Below, in pieces: positions 8,721 to 18,861 of a stretch of DNA of 64,000 nt (positions are counted from its first letter, which is position 1; each line of letters begins with the position of its first letter). The translations under genes were made by a program, and so were the position numbers. The notes under the pieces are model-generated. The model searched no databases. It was not told where the DNA came from and saw nothing but the letters and a program-made list of their open reading frames with translations. This DNA comes from a virus (lineage: Duplodnaviria; Caudoviricetes), in the IMG/VR virus record IMGVR_UViG_3300021978_000001, positions 224,001-288,000 of that record; one strand, 5' to 3'.

Positions 8721-10145
8721 TCAGAACTCACCCTTGGAGAATGCGTCAGAGACGTCGGGTGCCGAAGTCCACAGATTCGAGAGGACATCGCCCCCTCCCT
8801 GTGCACTCGATTCCTTCACCCGCCCGAGAGACTGAATGTTCTTCTTGGTGCTTGCCTGGCGCTGGCCAGCAGGCTGCGTCGAGTATTGACGCGACATCAT
8901 CGCTTCGAGATCTTCATCTCCAGCCATCATCGCGTCATCATCGAAGGTGTCCATGGCAGGCATGAGGTCGAGCCCCATTCCCATGCCCATGGCTTCCTCT
9001 TCCATACCCGTGAGCATGGCGTCGAGGTCGTCTTCCATCTCCATGCCGTCATGCATCGAGTCGCCACCCACAGGCGCCCACTCGTCACCACAGCTATCGT
9101 GCTCCATGTCCTCTTCGTCATCTTCGCTGTAGACGAGAGAGTCGTGCTGCATGCCGTCACGCTCAAGCGCGTTCAGCTCTGCGAGCATGGAGTCAAGCGA
9201 GGCTTCCTTATCGGAGTCCTCGTCTTCATCATCATGATCTTCGGCCACCTTGAGACCAGCGGCCTTGAGTGCTGCCTGAACTTCTGTGCGGATGATGTCA
9301 GCAAGAGAAGCCTCCTTGGACTCCTCTTCCTCTTCTTCCTCATCATCCCCAGCAGTCACAGTCGAAGCGTCCTTATCGGACTCGTCTTCGTCCTCTTCAG
9401 CCATCTTGAGGCCAGCAGCCTTGAGCGCAGCCTGGACTTCTTTCTGGACGAGATCAGCGATCGAGGACTCCTTGTCAGACTCTTCATCCTCGTCTTCGTC
9501 CTCGTCCTCATCGTCTTCTGCATCCTTGGAAGCAGCTTGCTTGGCTTCCGCCTGCATCTGACGAAGCATCTCATCGGGGGTCAAGGAAGCGTCCTTATCG
9601 GACTCGTCGTGATCTTCCTCCTCATCGTCTCCCGCGAGGCGCGAAAGCTCTTCTGCTTCCGCGAGGCGAAGAATGGTCGCCACGAGCGCGTCATCAGGCA
9701 TGCTCATGAAGTCGAGAGCCTGCTCGGTGATCACTTCATCGCTGGCAGTGGGGATGAGAAGGCTGGCAATACGAACGCACTGGAGGGCCTTCTTTTCAGC
9801 GTAGCGCTGCATCTGTGCGGCGCGCTGTGCAGCCTGGCGTGGGTTGGTAGGCCCGTCCGAGACACCATTGGTGTCGGTGGGCTTGAACGACCCTGCGTTA
9901 TCGTAGGGCTGGCCGTCCATTGCCTCATCCACGTCCTTGTGATCGTGGGTGTTGTCGAGCATGGTAGGCATCGACACTTCATTGCGACCCTCTTGCTCGA
10001 AGCGGCTCAGGTCTTCCACAGGCTCTTCGGCCCATGCGGAAGGCTCACCCGTCATGTAATCTTCGACAGGGGGGTTGGTCTTATCTTGATTCATGGTGTA
10101 CGGGTCAGCGGAACGCTGCCACGTAAGTCGCTTACGACGGCTCAT
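8721..10145 (-). CDS. Putative scaffolding protein (very acidic, internal repeats)
   Basis: Start moved to ATG 10145 (MSRRKRLTW) behind RBS GGAGG; 474 aa, D/E/M-rich, repeated 'SDK[ED]AS' and duplicated 'EVQAALKAAGLK[MV]AE'; between protease and MCP. Confidence 0.7.
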   Translation of the reverse strand: MSRRKRLTWQRSADPYTMNQDKTNPPVEDYMTGEPSAWAEEPVEDLSRFEQEGRNEVSMPTMLDNTHDHKDVDEAMDGQPYDNAGSFKPTDTNGVSDGPTNPRQAAQRAAQMQRYAEKKALQCVRIASLLIPTASDEVITEQALDFMSMPDDALVATILRLAEAEELSRLAGDDEEEDHDESDKDASLTPDEMLRQMQAEAKQAASKDAEDDEDEDEDEDEESDKESSIADLVQKEVQAALKAAGLKMAEEDEDESDKDASTVTAGDDEEEEEEESKEASLADIIRTEVQAALKAAGLKVAEDHDDEDEDSDKEASLDSMLAELNALERDGMQHDSLVYSEDDEEDMEHDSCGDEWAPVGGDSMHDGMEMEDDLDAMLTGMEEEAMGMGMGLDLMPAMDTFDDDAMMAGDEDLEAMMSRQYSTQPAGQRQASTKKNIQSLGRVKESSAQGGGDVLSNLWTSAPDVSDAFSKGEF

Positions 10146-10268
10146 GTTGATCCTCCAGAGCGGTAGGGGTCTTCGGTGCTTGCAAGTCCGGTCACTTACC
10201 CCTGCCATACAGGGGAGCGTCAAAGACGGTGCCTATAAGCGTAAAACCGGCGAAAATCCCTATTTTTT

Positions 10269-10303
10269 AAAAGACCCCTCGATACAAGGCTTGTATGAGG
10301 GGT
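10269..10303 (-). terminator. Terminator-like hairpin after the protease gene
   Basis: ACCCCTC-G-ATACAAG-G-CTTGTAT-GAGGGGT (10274-10303) followed by CTTTT on the minus strand. Confidence 0.65.
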
Positions 10304-10325
10304 TGGCGAGTAAGAAAAAACTCAT

Positions 10326-11843
10326 TCAGTTGAGCAGCGTGGCCGCATGTAGTGCTTGTTCGGCTTCTGCACGGGTCGGTACACGCCCCAGAGACGCCAT
10401 CAATGCCTTGAGGTAGGTCTTGGTATCCGCGTGACGCTTGAATGCCCCAGCGTGGACGAGAGCCTTATAGAACGAAGCCTCACGTACCTTACGGTTGGGG
10501 TTTTCACGATCTGCCATATACAAGGCGGTCACAATCTCGGAGTTCGCGAAGCGAGGACGCAAAGTCTCGTAACGCTCGGGTGACCCCATCGTGTAAAGAA
10601 GTGCGAACAAGCGACGGCGCGTGTCGATGTCAGGGACGTCCTGTGCATAACGGCGCGTGAAGAGTGCATAGGCCGCGTGCACATCCATCGAAGAATGATG
10701 GATGCTATCATTGGGCGCCATCTCCGCGCCGGGCATGTCCTTCTTGGGCTTCTCATCGCGAAGCTCCTTGCGAAGCTCGCGCATGGCCTTGTCCTTGACC
10801 TTGGTCTTGAACTGGTCCACGGCGTCTTCGAGAGGGGACTTCTCCTCTTCGGTATCCTCTTCCTCATCATCGAAGTCGAACGCCAACTTGAGCTGCATGT
10901 TGATCTGATCCATGGCAGCCTGTGCTGCATGCGCCGCCGTCTTGCGGAACATGTCCGTCCAATCCGGGATCACCTGCGATTGCATGGTGTATGCATGTTC
11001 GATGCGTTGAGAGAGATCAGCGCTATCGTAACGACCAGGGACGTGCGTCGTGGGGCCACCTTCGAGGATGTTACGCATCACCGCTCCCTTGAACGCGGGA
11101 TTGCCCACCCAGGATGCCTCGATAAAGACCACAGACTCGGGGTCCGTGTGGTGTCCACACAGCTCCGCGACCACGCGAATGGCGCCATCGGGACCGATGA
11201 ACTTGTTGCCCTTCTCATAGCGGACGTGACGGCACAACTCGACGTCATCCTTGGCGACGTTGCCGCACTTGGTGCACACGCTGTAAGCAATGGTGCAGCC
11301 CATCGACAAGGTGTTCAACTCACCCGACTCGATGCGCGCGATCAGATCACGATGCTTGCGGTCTGTTGCCACGAGGATGTCAACATAGACGGTATCCCCG
11401 AGGTCTCGGGCCACCGCGTCGATGATCTTCCCCTTGGACAGCTCGGGCACCTGGATATGCTCGACGTAATTCTCTGCACCTACGAAGGTGTTGTACGTCG
11501 CCATCAAGAGCTTGCGCTCCCAGGCATCCCCGTTCTGGTTGATGTAACGCGAGCACTCAGGCTTGATCAGGTAGTCGGCATGGGGGCGGTTGATCTCCTC
11601 CCCATCTGCGTTCTTGACCTTCGAGCCTGTCTTGACGTTGGGGGCATCATCCACATCGACCGATGCAATGATCGTGCAGTGGGTCAAGAGATAATCATCA
11701 GGGCTGTACTGGGACAACATCGTATTCGCGACACGACTCCCATGCGCGCCCGCCTTGAGCGCGGCAGCACGGGACATGTTCCACTGATCGAGACCGACCA
11801 TCGGATGTTGAACAACAGCATTTGCAGTACGGATCATGGCCAT
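10326..11843 (-). CDS. Prohead (capsid maturation) protease with Cys-rich insertion
   Basis: 'NQNGD', 'NYVEH' (His), 'TLSMGC' (catalytic Ser), 'CTKCGN...LCRH', 'EASWVGNPAFKGA'; typical HK97/assemblin-like protease motifs; position upstream of scaffold and MCP. Confidence 0.8.
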   Translation of the reverse strand: MAMIRTANAVVQHPMVGLDQWNMSRAAALKAGAHGSRVANTMLSQYSPDDYLLTHCTIIASVDVDDAPNVKTGSKVKNADGEEINRPHADYLIKPECSRYINQNGDAWERKLLMATYNTFVGAENYVEHIQVPELSKGKIIDAVARDLGDTVYVDILVATDRKHRDLIARIESGELNTLSMGCTIAYSVCTKCGNVAKDDVELCRHVRYEKGNKFIGPDGAIRVVAELCGHHTDPESVVFIEASWVGNPAFKGAVMRNILEGGPTTHVPGRYDSADLSQRIEHAYTMQSQVIPDWTDMFRKTAAHAAQAAMDQINMQLKLAFDFDDEEEDTEEEKSPLEDAVDQFKTKVKDKAMRELRKELRDEKPKKDMPGAEMAPNDSIHHSSMDVHAAYALFTRRYAQDVPDIDTRRRLFALLYTMGSPERYETLRPRFANSEIVTALYMADRENPNRKVREASFYKALVHAGAFKRHADTKTYLKALMASLGRVPTRAEAEQALHAATLLN

Positions 11844-11848
11844 GGGGG

Positions 11849-12133
11849 TTACTCCTCGTTGTGCCTCTGCATGAGCAAAGGCATCAAATCCGAACGCAAC
11901 TCCGGGCGATCGAGCGCCAACTCGACCAGCTCCGCATACAAAGCGCGCTCTTCTTGATCAGTGATCTGGGGAACTCGACTCAAAGTATTCAACAACTGCA
12001 ACCCAGGCGCCTGAAGATCCTGCGAAGATGCGGTGCGTACCGTACCGAAATACAAGCGCGCGGCCTGACGAAAGGATTCATCTCGTGAAGCGCGCGCAGT
12101 AAAAGCACGCTTGATGTCCGCAGGGATTTTCAT
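11849..12133 (-). CDS. Hypothetical protein with C-terminal copy of the PELR tag
   Basis: Start moved to ATG 12133 (ATGA overlap with upstream stop); ends LYAELVELALDRPELRSDLMPLL. Confidence 0.65.
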   Translation of the reverse strand: MKIPADIKRAFTARASRDESFRQAARLYFGTVRTASSQDLQAPGLQLLNTLSRVPQITDQEERALYAELVELALDRPELRSDLMPLLMQRHNEE

Positions 12134-12543
12134 TTCAAATGATCCGAGAGCTTCTGGTCGATCGCAGCAAACAAATCCTCCAAGGACTCGTGTTGCCCGG
12201 TCTCCCACTTGTGGAACTGCGCATCCTGGAAGCTCGTACCCACGTGCAACATGGTCTCGATGTCGTAGCCATCACCCTTGTGCACGATGTCGAACTTGAG
12301 ACGCCATTGTACCTGTGTGATCTGACCCTCCAGATAACCAGGCTCGCGCTTGGTGATAGAAGTGTCGTAGTCACACGCGGTCGCGTAAGCGTCGGTCAAC
12401 TCCTTGAGGAAGTGGTTTCGCACGAAGTCGAAAATCGCCACATCAAGCGTGGACAACCCCGCGCGTTTGAGCACCGGACCCAACGCCTCACGCAACGTAG
12501 GCCGCGCGAGAGCGAGGCCGATGAGTTGGTGGTGCAAAGGCAT
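12130..12543 (-). CDS. Hypothetical protein with divergent N-terminal tag
   Basis: 137 aa, RBS AAGGAG; starts MPLHHQLIGLALARPTLREALGPVL. Confidence 0.75.
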   Translation of the reverse strand: MPLHHQLIGLALARPTLREALGPVLKRAGLSTLDVAIFDFVRNHFLKELTDAYATACDYDTSITKREPGYLEGQITQVQWRLKFDIVHKGDGYDIETMLHVGTSFQDAQFHKWETGQHESLEDLFAAIDQKLSDHLK

Positions 12544-12552
12544 TCGTACTCC

Positions 12553-12948
12553 TTAGAAGCGGACGGGACCCTTCACCTTGAAGCGCTTCGCAAGAAGCGA
12601 AACCATGTCGGGCAACATATCAGGTTGGAAATTCCGCAAAGGCGCCATCACCACGAGATTCTTATCGAGGGCCTCGACCAACACCCCACCCGCGTCCGCC
12701 GCGACACCGAGCGAACGCATATGCTTCGCGATGTCCTCGGTCATCTTGGCAGTCTCCCTGGCCGTATGCTCGACCACAGCGAGCGACGCACCAGAGACGA
12801 GACTGCGCCCGATGTACACACCGTGATAAGCGGTGTACAACGTGTAGGTTGCCGCTTGCTTATCAAGGTGTGCGATCACAGGCTTGAGATCTTGACGAAG
12901 CTCGGGCTTTGCGTTACCGAGTCGAATGAGTTGCGCTTTCAAATCCAT
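12553..12948 (-). CDS. Hypothetical protein with N-terminal LIRLG..PELR tag
   Basis: Start moved to ATG 12948 behind RBS AGGAG; MDLKAQLIRLGNAKPELRQDLKPVIAHLDKQA. Confidence 0.75.
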   Translation of the reverse strand: MDLKAQLIRLGNAKPELRQDLKPVIAHLDKQAATYTLYTAYHGVYIGRSLVSGASLAVVEHTARETAKMTEDIAKHMRSLGVAADAGGVLVEALDKNLVVMAPLRNFQPDMLPDMVSLLAKRFKVKGPVRF

Positions 12949-12959
12949 GAGCTTTCTCC

Positions 12960-13697
12960 TTAGAGCCATTCATTGAGGACCGAGTTGGGGCTCGTAAACT
13001 CCAAGCCCTCATCCTCTTCCTCACACTCCACGGGTTCAGCATCGCAATCCACGAGGTCACCCGGCTTGATCAAGAAAAGACACTCACCACAAGCATAGAG
13101 CCGGGTGCGCTTTTTGTAGACCGTGCGACCCATCTCGCATTTACAACGCGGACAGAAGAGCACGCCGGTCTCGCGTTCTTGCTTGGTCGGCACGTACTGA
13201 CGTCCTCGTGCCTTCCAGTAGATCGCCACCTTGTCGCTGACATCGTATGCAAACTGCACAGCCTCACGCACGACATCATCCCCGTAGGTCGAAGCGTAAC
13301 GTGTGGCCATCTTGCTGTAGGCATCCATCTCGTCGATACCGACTTCGCGCATGCGCAAAGCTGTCTCGTAGAGCGTACCTGCATGACGCGCAAAGAGCGC
13401 AGCGACCACCTTATACAAAGGAGGCGCGCTCGCGCTCTTGCGACGGTCATACGAATCGAGGAAATCAGAATACACCGCAGGTGCTCCCTCGACCTTCATG
13501 AGAAGATCAGGGCTCATACGATCCGTACCCCAGGGAAAAGCCACGTCCACAAAGCCAATGCCAGACAGCACAGCTTCGACGCGACCCTCAAGGAAGTTCG
13601 GGAACTCACGTCCCCTCACAGGATCGACCTTACGCACCAGCTCGCCCACTTTGAATTGGGCGGCAAGTGCCTGGTAGTCTACATACGATGTTTTCAT
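12960..13697 (-). CDS. Hypothetical protein with C-terminal zinc ribbon
   Basis: Start moved to ATG 13697 (RBS GAGG); 'CPRC...YACGEC'. Confidence 0.7.
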   Translation of the reverse strand: MKTSYVDYQALAAQFKVGELVRKVDPVRGREFPNFLEGRVEAVLSGIGFVDVAFPWGTDRMSPDLLMKVEGAPAVYSDFLDSYDRRKSASAPPLYKVVAALFARHAGTLYETALRMREVGIDEMDAYSKMATRYASTYGDDVVREAVQFAYDVSDKVAIYWKARGRQYVPTKQERETGVLFCPRCKCEMGRTVYKKRTRLYACGECLFLIKPGDLVDCDAEPVECEEEDEGLEFTSPNSVLNEWL

Positions 13698-13751
13698 GAT
13701 GAATCCTCGAAGCATCAACAAAGCATTGGCTTCAACACAGCGTGCGAGGGC

Positions 13752-14237
13752 TCACCAGTTGCGCCAGTCCGAATCCGCATCTGCGTCGAGGTCTGTCATC
13801 CACCATGCGTCCGAAGCATCTACCTGGTCGCTGGAATCCTCACCACCAGGCGTCGAGTTGCCTGGCGTAAGCTCGGGGTGGTCGATGAGCTGGTCGAACG
13901 TGTCATCACGGAAATGATCCATGTAGGGCTCGTCCGCGTCCATTTGGTTATCCACGGGACCTGCTTCGTCGAAGGTCTCCATGTAGTCTTCGTCGTTCTC
14001 GTGCTCGATCACGTCAGCATCACGATCGTCACCGATCATACGCTCCAGGCGATCCGAAACGCGATCGAGGTCGTATGCGTGCTGATACGCTTCACGCGCG
14101 GAGAGCCCGTACTTGCCGGGGTTCTCCTGAATCATCGTAGCGAGCTTATCCATGCGCTGTGTCAACGACAGCACGTTTGCCTTCTTGAGCATGACTTGTC
14201 TCCTCGTAGTGAGGTGGAGGTTTGGGGCCTTGGACAC
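13752..14237 (-). CDS. Hypothetical acidic protein
   Basis: 161 aa, GTG start behind AAGG; Asp-rich C-half. Confidence 0.7.
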   Translation of the reverse strand: MSKAPNLHLTTRRQVMLKKANVLSLTQRMDKLATMIQENPGKYGLSAREAYQHAYDLDRVSDRLERMIGDDRDADVIEHENDEDYMETFDEAGPVDNQMDADEPYMDHFRDDTFDQLIDHPELTPGNSTPGGEDSSDQVDASDAWWMTDLDADADSDWRNW

Positions 14238-14306
14238 ACCTTATGCGTGCTCGAAGACCCGATGGTATCAAAGGATTATTCAACTGCCGGGTCTCTCACC
14301 TGACTT

Positions 14307-16331
14307 TCATGTGATCCGGCGAAGAATACCGAGGAGGCGTTCGTAAGTCGGAGCATCAATCATGCCTGCATACTTGTACTGCGACGCCGTGTGGATCGCA
14401 TAATCGAGAGCCAGACACAGAAGCATATCTTCCTGTGCACCTTCCATCTCACGCACATAAGCAAGGCGAGAATCCGTCAACCAGAGCTTCGCTTCGCTCA
14501 AGATGAGCTGGTAGTCTTCCAACTCCAGGCACATCGACCCCAGGGGCAATCGCCACTCGGGCGCGGGCGGGCTCTCCTTGCGGGGGAGGGGACCCGGGAG
14601 TCCTCGGTACTGCGCGGTGCGTGCACGATGCGTCGCGCTCGCACGGTATGCACGAGTCATCCCATGCGCGAAACTCTTTGCGAGCACATGAGCTTTCTTC
14701 TCATTATCCATCAGGGCCTCCAGGAGTTGGGCCATCCAGGCGCCAAAGCCATCACGAGACACATTCTCGGGGGTCTTGGTCGCGCGCTGTTCTTGCTGAC
14801 GCCTCATGATAAACGCCTTGACCTGAATCGGATCGAAGGTTCGAGCACGTCCAGGCTCATCAGGCGTCATACGCAACTGCTCGAAGTAGCCTTGCGTCAA
14901 GAAATCATCGGTCAAGTAATCGAAGAGGCGTTGACGAAAAGCCTGACTCAACACAGCTCCGTCACTCGGAGTGTCCGCATCGTAATCCAACGCCATGCGG
15001 TAGTCCGGGTTATCCTTTACCAAGTCCACAAGCTCTTTATCGGAGAGCTTGCGCATGTTATCCACGAATCCCTTGACGGCATCCGGGTCAGTAAAGTCTA
15101 CCTTGCTGGGATCAAGACCCTCCTTACCCGCGTCCTCCATGGTCTTGAGGAGCTGACCATAGCCTGTGGTAGCATCAAAGCTCTTCTTGGCCAGGACTTC
15201 ACCCATCATACCGCGCAACTCGGTGTAATACTTGTGCGCGCTCGACCCCTCCTCTTGCTTTTCGATCACTTCATCGAGGTCTTCGATGGCCTTGGCCACG
15301 TCCGCCTTCGAGGAGAACAAGGCAGACTGGTAGAGCTTGGGTGAATCGAAATTGAGCTGACGCACCATCGCGGTATCATCGAGCTTGTTGAGTGCTGTCT
15401 TCGAGGGCATCAGCTTCGTGATGCTCACGTTCTCATCCGAGAGCGAAGGCAAGTTACGAAGCTCACCACGCGCCTCTTCGTACACTTTCTGGATCTCTTC
15501 GTAGTACGCCGCCTTGTTCCGATCGTTCTCGCGCACCGCTTGCGCCATGCGCTCAGACACATCCGCCAGGCCAGCATCATGGTCATACACGTCCCAGTTC
15601 TTGGCATGAGTCTCCAACTTCTGGCGCGTCTCTGCGGAGAGTTCACCCTCGAAGTCTTCGGGCATCTCCTGGACACCTTCAGGGTACGGCTGCTTTTGTT
15701 CGAGCATCACCTGGCGGGCCGCTTGCGAGTCGATCGAATCAGGGTTATCCGAGACAGCCTTGTCATACAGATCATCGTAGGTTGCCCCTGAATCACGATA
15801 CTTCTGCGCTCGCGCGTCCACCTTCTCTTCCGGTGTCATGTCTTCGGGGGCCTTGGGCTCCTCTGGAGCGACAGACTGCCCAAGCTCCTCCATAAGCGAC
15901 CTCTCGGTCTCGGAAAGCTCTTCGACAGGCTCATCGGCCTCTGGTCGAATCTGAAGCTGCTTTTCGTGCGGCTCCTCTTCCTCGACCTCCTCTTCAGGTG
16001 ACGCCTCCTCTTCCGTCGAGGTCTCGTCTTGCTCCTGAATCGTGTGATCCTTACGGTCCGCCCCCGGGTGCTTTTCCTTGTAGGCTTCCCACGCCTCTTC
16101 GGTCGCAAACTCCATGGCCATCAAGTACAAGCGCGCGACCCTCCCCCCGATGTCCTTGTAGTTCAGGGAGAGGTCCTTGTCCTTGGTGTCTGTGTCTCGA
16201 TCCTTCTGCTCGACACGACCACGCTCCTTATCACGGCGCGGGGGTTTCTTGGTCGGGCTCTTACGCACCAAGCGCTGTGCCTCTTCTTCCTCGCGCTCTG
16301 CATCTGACTTTGTAGCGTCACGTTTCATCAT
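14307..16331 (-). CDS. Large hypothetical protein between portal and protease (candidate inner-head protein)
   Basis: 674 aa; basic/acidic N-terminus, RVARLYL motif, Glu-rich linker; overlaps the portal stop. Confidence 0.75.
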   Translation of the reverse strand: MMKRDATKSDAEREEEEAQRLVRKSPTKKPPRRDKERGRVEQKDRDTDTKDKDLSLNYKDIGGRVARLYLMAMEFATEEAWEAYKEKHPGADRKDHTIQEQDETSTEEEASPEEEVEEEEPHEKQLQIRPEADEPVEELSETERSLMEELGQSVAPEEPKAPEDMTPEEKVDARAQKYRDSGATYDDLYDKAVSDNPDSIDSQAARQVMLEQKQPYPEGVQEMPEDFEGELSAETRQKLETHAKNWDVYDHDAGLADVSERMAQAVRENDRNKAAYYEEIQKVYEEARGELRNLPSLSDENVSITKLMPSKTALNKLDDTAMVRQLNFDSPKLYQSALFSSKADVAKAIEDLDEVIEKQEEGSSAHKYYTELRGMMGEVLAKKSFDATTGYGQLLKTMEDAGKEGLDPSKVDFTDPDAVKGFVDNMRKLSDKELVDLVKDNPDYRMALDYDADTPSDGAVLSQAFRQRLFDYLTDDFLTQGYFEQLRMTPDEPGRARTFDPIQVKAFIMRRQQEQRATKTPENVSRDGFGAWMAQLLEALMDNEKKAHVLAKSFAHGMTRAYRASATHRARTAQYRGLPGPLPRKESPPAPEWRLPLGSMCLELEDYQLILSEAKLWLTDSRLAYVREMEGAQEDMLLCLALDYAIHTASQYKYAGMIDAPTYERLLGILRRIT

Positions 16332-18246
16332 CGGTGTCCATAGCAGTTTGCATCATCTGAGCCACGCGTTGACTCAGATCAGGATTTGCGGCGAGCGCTC
16401 CCGCGATATAGGAAGCCATGTGTGCCTCATCAGAAGGCGGCATGGCAGCCCCCTTCCTACGAGTCGAACCGAAGCGCGAATTGGTATCCTTGGGCGGCTT
16501 GTAAGACAGCTCCAGGTAGTCCGCCACGCGCTCCAGCATATCCGACTGCTCGGGCAGGGAACGTCCAAGCTCCGAATACGAACTCCTCAAAATCTCGTTG
16601 AACAACGAATCGTTCATGGTCAAGAAATCCTGACGCAAGCGCTCCTCGACCGCCTGGGGGTCGAGGTTGAACAGCTCCAGGATATATCCAACCGCGAGGC
16701 TTCCCTTCTGGTAGAGGTTGAACATCGCATCGAACGTGTCACGGTTATCGCGCAAGGCGAGACGCGTGAAGCTCAACTCGGGGTACAACACCACCTCATT
16801 GCCAAACTCATCATACTCTACGAAGCCCTTCTTGATCGCCACGGGGCGGAACAGGTTCTCTTCGACGTACTGCTGCATGCGTTCGCGATACAACATATAC
16901 CTCGTGTTGATCACCTCGATATTGATGCGCTCTCCTGAGTAGCTCGACTCACCCGTGAGCATGGACTCGGTGACACCCAGACCCGCGAAGAGCTGGCGAT
17001 CGGTGATGTCATACTCGGAGTTCAGGTCGAGCAGGCGATCACGCGCAGAGATCTCCTCCCAGGTCACCTGGAAGTTTGTGATCAGCGAGTAATCAGGGTC
17101 GAGCAACATCAAGTCCACCTGCTCGCGCAGCTCCTCGACGTCTGCGAGGCTCATGTCCTCTGCATAAATCAAGCGCTTGGGAGTCATGGCGCGCGATGCA
17201 ATCGACGTCTGCGCCTGACGCAGCTTGTCGCGATACACGAGCACGCGCATCACAGACTGCAAGATCGAGATGCCGTGATCTTTCCCCGGCTCCTTGTTTC
17301 GCGGGAGGTGATACACGAACGAACCCTCGTCCGGGTCTGTCCCGAGAGGAAGGTTCTCTCCCTGCGCGATGTAGTGGATGATTTCCTCGGGGACATCAGC
17401 CAGCGCTTCGATGGCGTTGGGGTCCTCCATAATAGCAGCCTGGACCAGAGCCTTGGTGCGCTCGTCCGGGACCAGCTCGACCTTGTAAGCTCTGGAGTAA
17501 GAATAAGTCTCCAGCCTTACCTGGTCGGGGGGCAGCAAGATCACACGATCCCACCCCTTGTAGTGCTGCTGCTTGTATGCTCGAATACGATCATCCGCAT
17601 CATCGACACGTTGACGAATGATGCTTGTTTCCCCCGAGGCGGTATCGAGATGATTGACGTCCTCCGTATAGACGTACTCGGGAACATCGACCTCGGAATC
17701 CTCCGCAAACAGGAAGGCTTCCCCGACCACATAGAACTCACGCGTGGCATCCACCAGGAGATTCAAGAGGTCGATACGCTTGACCATATCCTCGTAGAAT
17801 TTCAAGATTTGGCGGTTGCGCTTGGGGTCCTTCCCCTTGGGCATCGTCAAACGGAGCTTCGATAGTGGCAGCTCGGTGTGCAAGATCACCGCTTGCTGCA
17901 CATAAGGGTCGTTATTGTAGAAGAAACGGTAGTACGACCGCATCTCCGCCAGGTTTTGAGGCAGCTCCAGGAAATCAGTGGAGAGCTGTGGCGAATAGAT
18001 GTTGGTCGCGCTTCCCAGGGAGACGTTAGCCGAACCCATCCCGAGACCGCCCCCCATACCCCCACCAAAGCCATAACCGTAAGCGCCGGAGCCTCCTACA
18101 TAGTTGCTGACCTTGTTGGCGCGCGATGCGATGCGTGAGCTAGGCCGTACCTCTGCTTGACCCGAAGCAGACATCATGCGTCTTACCTGAGAGACAGAGG
18201 ACACCGTGATCGCATCCGCGTTTTGCTTGTTCAATTTCGAGGGCAT
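16318..18246 (-). CDS. Portal protein
   Basis: 642 aa; 'DPYVQQAVILHTELPLSK', 'FYVVGEAFLF', 'GISILQSVMRVL...KLRQAQ', 'QLFAGLGVTESMLTG'; directly downstream of terminase. Confidence 0.8.
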   Translation of the reverse strand: MPSKLNKQNADAITVSSVSQVRRMMSASGQAEVRPSSRIASRANKVSNYVGGSGAYGYGFGGGMGGGLGMGSANVSLGSATNIYSPQLSTDFLELPQNLAEMRSYYRFFYNNDPYVQQAVILHTELPLSKLRLTMPKGKDPKRNRQILKFYEDMVKRIDLLNLLVDATREFYVVGEAFLFAEDSEVDVPEYVYTEDVNHLDTASGETSIIRQRVDDADDRIRAYKQQHYKGWDRVILLPPDQVRLETYSYSRAYKVELVPDERTKALVQAAIMEDPNAIEALADVPEEIIHYIAQGENLPLGTDPDEGSFVYHLPRNKEPGKDHGISILQSVMRVLVYRDKLRQAQTSIASRAMTPKRLIYAEDMSLADVEELREQVDLMLLDPDYSLITNFQVTWEEISARDRLLDLNSEYDITDRQLFAGLGVTESMLTGESSYSGERINIEVINTRYMLYRERMQQYVEENLFRPVAIKKGFVEYDEFGNEVVLYPELSFTRLALRDNRDTFDAMFNLYQKGSLAVGYILELFNLDPQAVEERLRQDFLTMNDSLFNEILRSSYSELGRSLPEQSDMLERVADYLELSYKPPKDTNSRFGSTRRKGAAMPPSDEAHMASYIAGALAANPDLSQRVAQMMQTAMDTDDET

Positions 18247-18262
18247 GTTCTACTCCAAATAA

Positions 18263-18643
18263 TCAAAGGGACAGGAACCGGCGAAGCGCACGCTGAAGCT
18301 CATCTTCGACCTCGACCGCACCATGCTCCAATGCACGATCCGCCTGACGATGAAGAAGCTGCTTCTGATACTCCTGCTCCTGAATACGCGCACGTACCGT
18401 CACCATCTTACGGCGCATCGCACGCAACACACTGACACCCTCAAGACCTGCGACCAGGGCACGAAAGCTCCTGGACTCGTTTTGAGCAATGCGAGACAGC
18501 TCACGCTCACCACGACAGAGCGCGATCAACGTGAGCATCTGGTCAGCAAACTCGCGCGTGACCCGCAAGACACGACGCTCTGTTTGTTCCATCTGACGAA
18601 GGTGGGCTTCGATCTCATCGAGGTCTTGTAGGGTCAAACTCAT
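18263..18643 (-). CDS. Hypothetical helical protein
   Basis: Probable start ATG 18643 (ATGA overlap); operon context. Confidence 0.6.
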   Translation of the reverse strand: MSLTLQDLDEIEAHLRQMEQTERRVLRVTREFADQMLTLIALCRGERELSRIAQNESRSFRALVAGLEGVSVLRAMRRKMVTVRARIQEQEYQKQLLHRQADRALEHGAVEVEDELQRALRRFLSL

Positions 18644-18861
18644 TTCTGATCTCTCTTCCAGGCAACATACGCCTTGCACGCTTTCTTGAGCGCGGTCCAG
18701 GCATCAGGGTCAGCATTCGCGAGCGCCTCCCACGAGCCTCCTGTGTTCTCATAGAGCGCCGCGACAGCATCGAGAACAGGCACAGGGCGTTCAGTCACGC
18801 CCATTTTGCGCAACGCTTCATCCACGCAAAGGTGAGCGAAGCGGTCATAACGCTCTGCCAT
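18640..18861 (-). CDS. Hypothetical protein
   Basis: Probable start ATG 18861 overlapping the terminase stop; 73 aa. Confidence 0.6.
   Translation of the reverse strand: MAERYDRFAHLCVDEALRKMGVTERPVPVLDAVAALYENTGGSWEALANADPDAWTALKKACKAYVAWKRDQK

Noticed and set aside
7812-10166. Long plus-strand ORFs (also 3098-4633, 18876-20291, 23422-25131, 51368-53593 and others)
   Set aside because: Antisense shadows of recognisable minus-strand genes; no RBS or motifs; expected in GC-rich coding DNA
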